DNA of 64,000 bases from contig JADKBN010000030.1 in assembly GCA_016715065.1 (NCBI GenBank), forward strand, positions 18,905 through 82,904, written 5' to 3'. Position 1 is the stretch's first letter; every line of letters begins with the position of its first letter. Positions 56,901 to 64,000 of this stretch are shown piece after piece. The translations under genes were made by a program, and so were the position numbers. The stretch comes from Fibrobacterota bacterium (lineage in GTDB: Bacteria > Fibrobacterota > Fibrobacteria > UBA5070). A model generated the notes under the pieces. The model was not told the origin of the DNA. It did not search any database and was given only the letters and a program-made list of their open reading frames with translations.

Positions 56901-58732
56901 TTGCCACTTCGTGTCGAATCCAACCTCACACTCAAGAGACTTCCCGCAGCCACGCTCCATTCGGCAGCCAGGATCTTTGGTGCGTCATTCACGGGACGAA
57001 CGGTCACCGCCAGCGCTGCAGTTGCGGAAGCACCGGTGGAACCGGTAGCGACCAATTGCAGATTCGCTGTTCCATTGACATCACTGCCGCTCAGACCTAC
57101 CCGTAGCGTTCGCAAAGCAGGATCCAACTTGAAGGGAATCGGATCACCCGTCGCCGTAGACACGGACCAAGAGAGAGGATACCCAGCACCCCGCGGATCC
57201 GATGCCAGGTTGCCGAGTTGAATCACCATTTCCTGTCCTTCGTCCAGCGCAATCGCTGACGGAGGATTTGGCGAGAACACAGGCCTCTGAGAATATTGCT
57301 GGACCAGCACCAAGTTGCCAGAGGTGGTGGAATTCCAAGCGACCGCTTCCGGCTGGTAGGAAAACCCATCTTTGCTAACCACCACGGTATAGTCACCGGG
57401 AGCAATTCCTGTCCAAGTCACTTCACCGGAGGTGGCGGACGCTGTTGCCGATCTCACCAAGGTTGCACCCTGAAGCAGTCGAACGAGTGGCGCTTGTTGT
57501 GTGGGAGCCAGCACGCGGACAGTCAGTTTGCCGATGGTAGGCTTACTGCTCTGGTCCACCACTCCGAAAAACCGAAGTGAAGGTGGTTGAGCCCTACGAA
57601 GCACCACAGAAGCAATATCGAAACTCGCGCCTGGCTCGACCCATGAGGCCATGACATTGAATGCGGATAGAGGAATACTGCCGATTCTATCTACATCAAA
57701 TACGCCAGCGGCGTTGGTGATTAATTCCGAAGCGGGAATGGAAATATGCGTCATCTCCCCATTTCCTACTGGACTGATATCTTTCAGTACAAACTGTTTA
57801 AGTGGCTCTTGATCTTTATCAAAAAACCACAAGCTCCACTTGTCCTGACTACTGACACCACCAGGATTTGCCCGGTAGTCGATTTCAACACTGGAAAACT
57901 CCCCCCAGACCAAATTGTTATAACGAAACCGAAACATGGCTCCGTATTCGCAAGCGTGGCCCAAATCATTTTCCCCACAATTCACAGCGTATGGCAAAGT
58001 GAATCCCATGTAGCCGGAATACCGTTCTCCGTAAAGCGGATTTTCAAACTCCTTCCATCCTGTAGAATAATCCCCGTTTGGATACCCATCTTGCATCAAA
58101 ACGACGTCAGAGCTTCCGAAAGCTGTATTCAGCAACGCAGCCAGATTCACTTCAAAAGGATTGGCTCCATCATACAAGAGCATTTTGATGTTGTCGTCAC
58201 TCAACACCGTGCCGGTTCCCGGTTTGGAGACCTTCCAATTCACTCGCAGCGGCACGAGCCCTTTGCCTTCCGAGACCGCTATCTGATCGTAGACCAATTG
58301 TGCGGATACCCGATAGGTGGCATCGAAGCCTGCAATCCGGTAGTCGAGCAGATTGATCAGGAGGTTGCTCTGGTAGGATCGAAACTCGAGCCTGGAGGAT
58401 GCATCGGGTACGAGCAACGAACCGGTCACGTCAAGAAATGGCACACCAACGGCTGCGTAGTTCCGTTGTGACCGGACATACTTTGTGGCGGGCAGCCCAA
58501 AGTAGGCGACTCCATTGGTGGAGTCGACGTGGATCGCCGTCCGTCCCGCCAACGGTAGATCGTTGGAGGATTTCGTATAACCACCAGCCACAGGGACCTT
58601 GCCCTGAAGCACAGCTTCTGTGTTCGAAATCCACTGGGAGAACCCGAGGTAGCCTGCCGCTTCCGGCATGATGGCAGCACTCGCCACCGCGCAAATCGCG
58701 GCGACCGAAAGGAAAATCTTGCGGAGAATCAT
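50864..58732 (-). CDS. Giant surface protein, segment A (N-terminal 2,6xx aa; signal peptide, beta-sandwich/cadherin-like repeats)
   Basis: 2,622-aa ORF. The signal peptide is MILRKIFLSVAAICAVASAA. Its ATG overlaps the upstream stop (ATGA, 58729-58732). There are carboxypeptidase-regulatory-like units (GDYTVVVSKDGF) and a cadherin-like VRPVNDAP motif. The last ~25 codons look non-native. Confidence 0.75.
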   Translation of the reverse strand: MILRKIFLSVAAICAVASAAIMPEAAGYLGFSQWISNTEAVLQGKVPVAGGYTKSSNDLPLAGRTAIHVDSTNGVAYFGLPATKYVRSQRNYAAVGVPFLDVTGSLLVPDASSRLEFRSYQSNLLINLLDYRIAGFDATYRVSAQLVYDQIAVSEGKGLVPLRVNWKVSKPGTGTVLSDDNIKMLLYDGANPFEVNLAALLNTAFGSSDVVLMQDGYPNGDYSTGWKEFENPLYGERYSGYMGFTLPYAVNCGENDLGHACEYGAMFRFRYNNLVWGEFSSVEIDYRANPGGVSSQDKWSLWFFDKDQEPLKQFVLKDISPVGNGEMTHISIPASELITNAAGVFDVDRIGSIPLSAFNVMASWVEPGASFDIASVVLRRAQPPSLRFFGVVDQSSKPTIGKLTVRVLAPTQQAPLVRLLQGATLVRSATASATSGEVTWTGIAPGDYTVVVSKDGFSYQPEAVAWNSTTSGNLVLVQQYSQRPVFSPNPPSAIALDEGQEMVIQLGNLASDPRGAGYPLSWSVSTATGDPIPFKLDPALRTLRVGLSGSDVNGTANLQLVATGSTGASATAALAVTVRPVNDAPKILAAEWSVAAGSLLSVRLDSTRSGKAVWVDDPDDSYLNLTWTAKLSVGAPMGAVVTVTDRKLIFQAPAGFSGPVVVEVTVKDLAGAQTTKEVIIKVVPPQVEIYGIKTEQLVSGDLKATFFSRYSLEAVALQNGVIKVLNPATGAWGTVPARLAVVQAPSFRDGRWTDGQYELVVGRSSTWTLDRTSMSLVSLARGSTSLSVKLPLAADGKALEKDAQFTGLDLNGPIAMVSAIVVPNRLGEPDVHVDWKWLEPGTPQFIRLSLTSGDDRHERIVPVPTGATSVDIPWIEPQWDTYPVDPKAPYIRDGQDYLVELVGADDKANQGGGSVTLSVPSSKFELRITTVNLLQIPRPSGQVCISGTRGFRGCSDFNSYGAGQLTTGRIMDVPRDLYKVTVEDPRYQPIILDVMPGSHRLGPVLFEHSPNYPVSRQNVDTAPDMKISLLRRNFLAQDGASVEQELGTGDLVFKFERNQFPGGILDTVLFGVSMMVDGSLRNVDVRIPVTEYDESNTPGDLDSWTVRRSLADLKNGSGAALFAKASDHSVRYLGAVARFANSWTPERIAKIRDSVVYHVDSRPVAWHVLDPDGPAIVEGGRRTINNDGGAIWNLSVPATHGARATLTTCRRNDNAPETCNDREVNPESAKLAFRLTTPGAFSVPGYVNFEEPLSGGGVRVPLGKSAAASQWDVFTTQTTNYDVWIYWSTDHLADDFSVSKDQGATWSIQTTLLREGWNQLGSMELLRGWNAISLRASQGPNIHALLVQKAGSPAPSMDIATLPFSHAPVASRVTNNLQLDQFYKATITVRDAFGLNSKSISGFPVQPDGLFGDLILEQAQASGDLILRAGQTQLTPGSGGVQIRLAPRTPAIVPDVDNSDHLVIRIPRNRIPPEFFSTPGLSKNGPLDSIQILTTKSTTYSWTTRECWDDGLLGGWGCETIWNSYTDTKPDSIQLRWTGFGEWKSGHDLRPLPKPAVSVVYAGLDSIQLKVSGLDDSSSQTRQTMSGRLSVEWTPGSHCASSSTVDVAFQQVFVADNSGTILFRPRLSSAKATGFGGWTDTSSGAPRLRHQWLDHSEGGGFFPLMVLPTPLASQKRAWVSFTVRNPTLTPAQVKLWTVPGPYAGQTRQAFEFRLAPVGTSGGLTPPGVIWHSGTGFAQGWHQQADELVLQPGDQELQIRMMDPGVTFRALGLRPSAITTDPAEAIASLPYVGTQGMNEILVSAPSLASGTLHGFRITATDRMGNTSSDTITVATQSSAAKFPTVGIALAPWDGSGWITGNVATASFVPDGRFTLPENAEIKAWLRHRSGTNGALTNDSTEVPVVKNQDGTYTATLTGLGAFGQTLQDFQIGDRTVLVAYVQSGSLRGNRSGIDFAILSETHPGAMTATFLDGPPNKGLTFHVRQAWQQQSGTNSITYADLELPAFRVQEDDTATNRLLLRGALVSFTQEASGLRLNNVIGGRLAAVHCKLTGTVESGCHDVARMPWTLGRWAGFLETESMTTDLTSSSWSLLIQQAELIDDAGRPSRNSAAFSLSDAGVTGGGGTQYLGLANFSKDRFWFRNVVASGDEEAFGIEACQTEIRRTASGLEFKTMGCEPNVGPFLTFPLHIQTDGPWSVVGAAFDSLDTAYHLNWTPDANPGSKWVSGSPLSRGTLQVPATNVNLTKSSLHNVSGASLWGYDVKSYSFGRSGVSNLVFDLVFPDSKLTPAQAGVSQRVKSFTGMSIVSSATIMKGSPVLQGTGISTNLVQLNLGSSLRLDDVVMWTYARKDGIGWVLTPLAATNKTLVLSKAQDANWKYTKIGTITQADDRFRFPFTSLELGAGSYVAASSSQDVKISTGGATIQAKLNIDPNDDELRIQAATPKVILDKFFTEKGGLDFKPVTVPDPELTLDPEFELADIEGVGSLGTPAQTAQYEVWVGGLPVVNAIPSGRYQIMANRGRLFVRLYRPQMALNDFGTGGLPGAPSAEVQTAVFSTDRMPVAVGAELDVPASWRDWQIPGSIGSLQLDKVYLEATAQRDPDQRNFLPGDSPFLPYCGQAGSCL

Positions 58733-61623
58733 TGGTCGAGGGCCCTCCAGCCCGAAGTGTCACGGAACCAAGTCTTGCCTGAAGACTGATCCAGATAAAG
58801 CGTTCCCAAGCCATATGTGCTTGGCGGAATTCCAATGCCTAAGACGATTTTTGCGCCGGCCTGCAGAGAATACGGGGTCGCGGTCAGCAGGATCCGAGGA
58901 GTGAATACCCGGGGCATTCCTCCCTCCAGAACGACCTCCAAGTAGAGCGTCGGGTTTGCGGCAACCGTGCGCAACAATCCTTCGAGCGCCTTGGTTTTAC
59001 CCAGCTCGATGCTCCATCCACCTTCCAGTACGGGCACATCCCAGTGCTCTTCTGTCCAGAGCTGGGTTCCACCTTTGGCAGTTGAGTACAGCCGCACCGA
59101 GAGGTCTACGGAAGTATCCGGGGGGACTGTCGCATCGGACTTGGCGAAAAAGCCTTTGACCACCATTCTCCCAACAGCAGGCCCAGGCAGAGCCAGTCGC
59201 ACGAACGCGACCCGGCTGTCGCGCACCTGGCCATTGGCGTCGGTCACTCTCACCCAAATGGGCTCAAGGGTGTCGTCCGCGGATACGATGGGCAAGGTAA
59301 GGATCGACGTTTTCTGTCCCGCGATGGGACGTGATCCCTTGTACCACTGGTAGGTCACTTTGCCATTGCCGGTCGCGTAGACTTCAAATCGAGCCTGACC
59401 TCCGAGCCGGACGGTGTCGTTTGATGTCTGGATTCCAATGGTCAAGTCCAGCGGCTTGCGCACCACGGTCAACAGAGCCTCCCGCGTGAGCACTTTGCCT
59501 GTGCCGGATTTCACTTGGCATTGGTAATGGTCGCCATCCATCTCCGCCCGGGCACGGTCGATCCGGTACACGGAACCCGTAGCACCCGGGATATCCTGGC
59601 CGTTGCGACGCCACTGGTAGAGAATCTGTCCATCACCTGTGGCTCGAACTTCGAACGTTGCGGTCTTGTCTTCGTCTACGCGCGCATCGGCAGGCTGAAC
59701 AACAATCACCGGGGCCACATAGACGACTTCCACATCGTCATCGACCTTCAGAGTGTCGCCCTTGCGGTCTCCTGGTTGGCCAGGATCCGTCCAGGCTGTT
59801 CCCGTCAGACGGTTACCCCAGCGGTCGTACACCGGGATCCTGGGATTGGAGACCAGGGTCTGCGAATTGGAGATGTGCGACCAATCGTTGGTGCGATCCC
59901 AAGCGAGCCAGTCAGAGTAGTGGACTCCGACAACGTTACCCGTGTTGTTGGGTATCGAGTTGCCTGGAGCGACGGTCACACCCAGAAAATCGTAGCGGAC
60001 CTTGTAGCAAAATCCACCCAATGCTTCCAGCGTGATCCGAGGGGCCACCTGGTAGTACGGGTCCATCACCGGCTGCTTGCCGTTTTCTGTGCAGAAGAAA
60101 TAGTCGTAGTAGAAGTCGGATAGCGCACCCGGTCCGTTGTTCTTGATCAAGATGCGGGGGCGGATGATGTTCGCGGTCAAGCCTTCATCCAGCCAGAACA
60201 CTTCGATGTTGGGCTTGTCGTCGCGACGCGACGTCATCAGCCAATCCTTGCCAGCCACCGGATTGCCGTCGTTTCCGAACACCCGGATGTAGGGCGCTGC
60301 AGTCCAGGTAGAGGTGGTTGGCAAGGCCACGTCGCCAGTTCTGTCCCATCGGAAATCCTGGTTGTTGTAACGCAGAGCCAACAGCCAGCCGCGACCATCG
60401 CCGCCGATTCCGCCAGGCGGCAGTGCCTGCGTGGAAGTGATGGTGAGCATCCACCATCCGTCACCGAGAGAAGCGATGCTGGCCGTTGCGGAAGGGACAT
60501 CGTAAGCAGAGAGGGCTGGAGTCAGGTAATTCGGTACGCGGAAAGGAAGTTTGGTGGTCCAGCCGGTTGCCAGACTCCGGGAACCGACGTTCTTGACCTG
60601 GATGCGAAATTGCGTGAAGAGGGAATCCGTCAACGCTTCCCGCTTGGCGGTCACTTGCACTGCTGTCCAAGGGACAACAGGTGAGAACTCAAGGATGGAG
60701 GTGAGCGGGCTCTGCAGATTGGGCACCAGGGTCCTGGCAGCCACGGTCATTTGGTTTCCATTCACCTGGACACGAGAGAGCTTGGCGTTTTCTTGTGCGG
60801 CACCGGAGATCCACAAGCTGTCACCCCGGAACACGGGAAAATCACCCAGTGGATCGGATGTTCCCGGACCTACCACGGAGACTTTCGCCCAAAGCACATC
60901 GCGGGGCACAAACCGCACATCCACAACGTGATCCTTGCCATCTTGACGGATGGTCGCGGAATCAGATCCATTGTGCCGGTTCCCATCAACCCAAATTTGG
61001 GCAGGAAGGGAAGCCCTTGCGCGCATGCACCTCAAATCAAGCCGGTCGGAATCCACCAGAACCACTGTCCCGGTGGCGTTGCAAGATCCTTCTCCATTGA
61101 TCTTCACAAAGACGCTGGAATACCCCTTGGCGGAAACCGGCGGCGGCGGAGGCGGCCCCCAAATCTGCTGTCCGGCGGCGTTCCATACGGTGATTTTCTG
61201 GTTGATGGCCCAAACGCCCGTGTTCCCGTCAAAGGAAGGCGAAGTCCAGGGCTGCCAAGTCGACCAATCGGACAGATGCACACCGACTTGCGCGCCATTG
61301 CCGGAATTCCACTCCTGGGATGCGGCAAGATTGCCATCGTAGTTGAACCAAAGACGCCAAGCCCCGTTATCCGCACGTTTCTCCAAGCTAATCCGCACAC
61401 TTCCGACGGACCACGACTCCACGACCGGAATCTTTCCTGTCGGAATCGCGAGATCGAACGCAGCCCGTGGCGCTTGCACAACGGAAGTCCCCACGTTCTT
61501 CAATGAGACGGTCAACCGTGCCCATTGCTGATCTTGAGGCTGGTCTGCCCTGAGCTTGACTTCAACTTGCGCGGATCCTGCCACGGCGAGCGCGGCAACG
61601 AAGGCGAATAGGCGGCGGATCAC
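58729..61623 (-). CDS. Secreted protein: three CBM3-like modules, two Ig (I-set-like) domains, C-terminal tail-fibre-like module
   Basis: The ORF is 58729-61659. A GTG at 61623 overlaps the upstream stop (GTGA) and gives the signal peptide IRRLFAFVAALAVAGSA. CBM3-like signatures include ILIKNNGPGALSDFYYDYFF..VVGVHYSDWLAWDRTNDWS. An Ig-like unit is VVQPADARVDEDKTATFEVRATG..YQWRRNG..YQCQV. The C-terminal ~140 aa are homologous to those of the 276-aa protein. Confidence 0.7.
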   Translation of the reverse strand: MIRRLFAFVAALAVAGSAQVEVKLRADQPQDQQWARLTVSLKNVGTSVVQAPRAAFDLAIPTGKIPVVESWSVGSVRISLEKRADNGAWRLWFNYDGNLAASQEWNSGNGAQVGVHLSDWSTWQPWTSPSFDGNTGVWAINQKITVWNAAGQQIWGPPPPPPVSAKGYSSVFVKINGEGSCNATGTVVLVDSDRLDLRCMRARASLPAQIWVDGNRHNGSDSATIRQDGKDHVVDVRFVPRDVLWAKVSVVGPGTSDPLGDFPVFRGDSLWISGAAQENAKLSRVQVNGNQMTVAARTLVPNLQSPLTSILEFSPVVPWTAVQVTAKREALTDSLFTQFRIQVKNVGSRSLATGWTTKLPFRVPNYLTPALSAYDVPSATASIASLGDGWWMLTITSTQALPPGGIGGDGRGWLLALRYNNQDFRWDRTGDVALPTTSTWTAAPYIRVFGNDGNPVAGKDWLMTSRRDDKPNIEVFWLDEGLTANIIRPRILIKNNGPGALSDFYYDYFFCTENGKQPVMDPYYQVAPRITLEALGGFCYKVRYDFLGVTVAPGNSIPNNTGNVVGVHYSDWLAWDRTNDWSHISNSQTLVSNPRIPVYDRWGNRLTGTAWTDPGQPGDRKGDTLKVDDDVEVVYVAPVIVVQPADARVDEDKTATFEVRATGDGQILYQWRRNGQDIPGATGSVYRIDRARAEMDGDHYQCQVKSGTGKVLTREALLTVVRKPLDLTIGIQTSNDTVRLGGQARFEVYATGNGKVTYQWYKGSRPIAGQKTSILTLPIVSADDTLEPIWVRVTDANGQVRDSRVAFVRLALPGPAVGRMVVKGFFAKSDATVPPDTSVDLSVRLYSTAKGGTQLWTEEHWDVPVLEGGWSIELGKTKALEGLLRTVAANPTLYLEVVLEGGMPRVFTPRILLTATPYSLQAGAKIVLGIGIPPSTYGLGTLYLDQSSGKTWFRDTSGWRALDQ

Positions 61624-62450
61624 GGCGCCAAGACCCAGCTCTTGAAGGAGCGCAGCCAAATCTTCGAGGTGGATGTATCCAGGTACCTGGTACCGATCGG
61701 GGCGTCAATTCCCAACGTCGCGGGTGTTCCCGCGCCTTGGATTTGTCCTCCAGCGGAGGAGATCGCATACGGCATGGCCGTCAAGGGCGACCGAGGCGTG
61801 AGGATCTCACGAGAATCAATCTTTCCAACGCTGAACTGAACGTAGAGCGTCGCCTGTTGTTGGACGACCGTCTCCAGGACTCCAGTGGTCGCTTTTCCGG
61901 TGCCGAGTCTTGCCAAGAAGCGGCCATCCAGCACCGGGATCCCACGCCCTTCTTCCACAGAAAAGACCTCGACGTAATCCGGCGTGCCACCTTCCACTTT
62001 ACGGAAGATCTCGACGACCATGTCGATGGTCTTGCCTCCATCCTTGCCGACCAGACTTCCAAAGCGATCGGACAGTTCCCCGCTGAACGTCAGCATCTGG
62101 CGACTCGGGCGCAGCACCGTGAGCGTCGCCTTGTCGGTGATCCGCATGGAGCCGTCCGCCGCCACCAGGACGCAATGGACCTTGGCTTTGTCCTGGGAAA
62201 GCTGGACGTTGGCCAAGGCAAACTTCTGGTTCGCACCCGGGAGAGTCGAGCGCAGCGTGTCGTTCACATACCACTTGAGCGTATCGACCTTGTCCGCTAC
62301 AAGCTGGAACACTGCGGTATCGCCGGCATGGGCTTGGACATCCGAGGGTTGAAGCAGGATCTGAGGAAAAGCCGCCCAGCTTCCCGCTTGAACAACAAAC
62401 AACGCGAACACAAGACGGTGAAACACCCTTTGAAAGGCAGGCATGGACAT
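61620..62450 (-). CDS. Secreted protein: one Ig (I-set-like) domain plus tail-fibre-like C-terminal module; first gene of the operon
   Basis: 276 aa with the signal peptide MSMPAFQRVFHRLVFALFVVQAGSWA. The Ig-like unit is ILLQPSDVQAHAGDTAVFQLVA..LKWYVND..VHCVLV. The C-terminal module is ..LYVQFSVG..LTPRSPLTAMPYA..GTPATLGIDAPIGTRYLDTSTSKIWLRS... Confidence 0.7.
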   Translation of the reverse strand: MSMPAFQRVFHRLVFALFVVQAGSWAAFPQILLQPSDVQAHAGDTAVFQLVADKVDTLKWYVNDTLRSTLPGANQKFALANVQLSQDKAKVHCVLVAADGSMRITDKATLTVLRPSRQMLTFSGELSDRFGSLVGKDGGKTIDMVVEIFRKVEGGTPDYVEVFSVEEGRGIPVLDGRFLARLGTGKATTGVLETVVQQQATLYVQFSVGKIDSREILTPRSPLTAMPYAISSAGGQIQGAGTPATLGIDAPIGTRYLDTSTSKIWLRSFKSWVLAP

Positions 62451-62894
62451 AGGTTCCTTGGGCAGAAAACGCTGGGAAAATGAAGCCAGGTGAGTTTCTC
62501 GGCGGAGAACAGCAATGGTGCCGAGTCAAGAATTTGGGCAAAAGGTAGGTGAACACTCCACTATTTCAAACCAGGAGCAACCCGATCGAAACTCCAGCTG
62601 GCAACTGATCGTTGCCTTCCAAACCCCAATTTTTCTCGCACTGGAGAGGGGTGTTTTAGTTTCCAGCTCGTTGGATGCTCCAAACCCACACTCCCCTGAC
62701 ACCCTTCATTGAAGAGGTACTGAAGCCACGAATTCGAGCATGCGTTAACGAGAGAACGGACCTGAGCGGAGGTTGCAATTCGTGAACCAGAGGTCTTTTC
62801 ATGCTCCCTTTGGAGAATTTGGAGTGGGTCTCACCCACCCTCCTCGCTGATCCCGACAACCAAATTCACCATTTAGGCGTATATTCACTCCGTA

Positions 62895-63947
62895 GTGAAG
62901 ATCAACGATTCAGTAAATATCGCCGAACCAAACGCCTCGATCGTGAGCGTCTTCGAAGACCTCTTGCAGAAGCTCCAGGTGCCTTGGAGCACCGTGCTGG
63001 ACGAGAGCCAAAACACAACGGATTACCTGGTGGACGGAACGAAGATCCTCCTCTCCTACAAGCAGAGGCTCCATCCAGCTGATGTTCCGGGCTTGCTTTT
63101 CAGCCTGAAAGAGCGAATCCTTCAGGCTGGCCAACCAGCCTATGGGGTGATTGCGGCCGACTTCATCTCCGAGTCGACTCGTGAACGGATCCAGGCTTCA
63201 GGGCTTGGCACACTGGACAGGTGCGGCAATTGCAGCCTCCGCTTTGCCAGAACCATCGTTGAGATTCAGGGTAAGCCCAACCTCTTCAAGACCCCCAAGG
63301 AGACAACGTCCCTTTTCAAGCCCAAAGCTCAGAGGGTTCTGCGTGCGCTCCTTTCACCGCCACTGCGATCGTGGACAGGCACGGAGCTCGCGAACTTTTG
63401 TGACGTCAGTACCGGTTGGGTAACCGAGATCCGGAAAGCCCTGTTTGCTCAGGAATGGGCGAAAGGAGATCGAAACAACATTGTCGTCAGCGAGCCGCGG
63501 CGGCTCCTTCAGGCATGGGCTTCAGAAGACAAGTGGAAGCAACGCACGGAGGTCAAAGAGTTCTCGTCGATCCTTTCGAAGGAATTGATCTGCAAGAAAC
63601 TGGCTGGAGAGTTTCCCAACGGAACGCTGGCCTTCACACGTTGGGTGGCCGCATCGCTTCGGCGGCCGGTGACGGAAACAAGTCTGGTTACGGCATACTT
63701 GCAGGATTTGCCAACGCTCGAATTCCTTCGGAGCGAACTTGGAGCTCGACCTGTTGAACGAAACGGAAACCTGCAACTGGTGATCCCGAGTGACTCAGGA
63801 GTTTTCCTCGCCCTGCAAGAGGTCGACGGGCTTCCACTGGTTTGCGACGCTCAGATCTGGCTCGATCTTCAATCGGCGGGAAACCGTGCCGAGGAGCAGG
63901 CGCAAGCTCTGTGGGAGTGGGATGAATTCGGAGGCTGGAACCTTTGA
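62895..63947 (+). CDS. wHTH protein, AbiEi-like (type IV TA antitoxin-like)
   Basis: 350 aa with a GTG start. A central wHTH-like segment reads AQRVLRALLSPPLRSWTGTELANFCDVSTGWVTEIRKAL. The C-terminal part (..GLPLVCDAQIWLDLQSAGNRAEEQAQALWE) resembles AbiEi antitoxin C-domains. The partner gene runs off the window. Confidence 0.4.
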   Translation: MKINDSVNIAEPNASIVSVFEDLLQKLQVPWSTVLDESQNTTDYLVDGTKILLSYKQRLHPADVPGLLFSLKERILQAGQPAYGVIAADFISESTRERIQASGLGTLDRCGNCSLRFARTIVEIQGKPNLFKTPKETTSLFKPKAQRVLRALLSPPLRSWTGTELANFCDVSTGWVTEIRKALFAQEWAKGDRNNIVVSEPRRLLQAWASEDKWKQRTEVKEFSSILSKELICKKLAGEFPNGTLAFTRWVAASLRRPVTETSLVTAYLQDLPTLEFLRSELGARPVERNGNLQLVIPSDSGVFLALQEVDGLPLVCDAQIWLDLQSAGNRAEEQAQALWEWDEFGGWNL

Positions 63948-64000
63948 AGTACGAGAAGCATTCCGACTATCCCGACCAGGCGAATGATCGTGTTCTGAGC

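Noticed and set aside
41710-58700. Dozens of 60-350-aa ORFs on both strands inside the giant gene (for example 42066-43130, 45183-45869, 48552-49466, 52556-53593, 57746-58471)
   Set aside because: All lie within the continuous, protein-like minus-strand frames and lack motifs. They are shadow ORFs.
58729-62450. Diversity-generating retroelement targeting the shared C-terminal module
   Set aside because: There is no reverse transcriptase gene. No near-identical DNA template/variable repeat pair with adenine-specific differences is visible. The two modules are only distantly similar at the protein level.

Overview
High-GC bacterial chromosomal window: about 60% G+C from hand counts of sample lines, with an AT-richer block at about 34.4-40.9 kb. 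All calls come from reading the sequence and ORF translations; no searches were run, so family names are motif recognition from memory.

(1) 1-27.7 kb is mostly core genes. It holds valS, a PAS-PAS hybrid histidine kinase, ligA, a CDF transporter, rubredoxin, an Omp85-type outer-membrane protein and an Rrf2 regulator. These are followed by a sulfate-assimilation operon cysH(frameshifted)-cysD-cysNC. The region also has a beta-helix protein, two tandem secreted paralogs, and two copies of a translationally coupled module (TIGR02147-like protein plus lipoprotein). A REP/MITE-like hairpin repeat family (6 copies) sits after ligA and punctuates the cys operon.

(2) 27.7-33.6 kb is an accessory patch around a tRNA cluster (Gln, Val, Ala). 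It contains a DnaQ-like exonuclease and an AAA-ATPase/PD-(D/E)xK protein. A decayed islet is bracketed by a 51-bp direct repeat of the tRNA-Gln 3' end plus terminator; it carries an AbiEii fragment and a broken PrimPol-helicase gene. A truncated IS21-like element follows.

(3) 33.9-62.5 kb is the most unusual part. A tightly coupled minus-strand operon encodes two secreted Ig/CBM3-like/tail-fibre-like proteins. Next come three ORFs that read as one giant surface-protein gene of about 17 kb (about 5,680 aa) interrupted by two +1 frame changes, one at an A8 tract. These are followed by an HExxH metalloprotease, a 1,119-aa polymorphic toxin (PT-TG pre-toxin motif plus C-terminal PD-(D/E)xK-type nuclease signature) and a candidate immunity gene. 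No recognisable T5/T6/T7 export marker lies in the window, so this may be an undescribed contact-dependent antagonism locus. The window ends with an AbiEi-like gene.

The TIGR02147-like proteins and T9SS-like C-terminal tails suggest a Fibrobacterota/FCB-like host; this is inference only.
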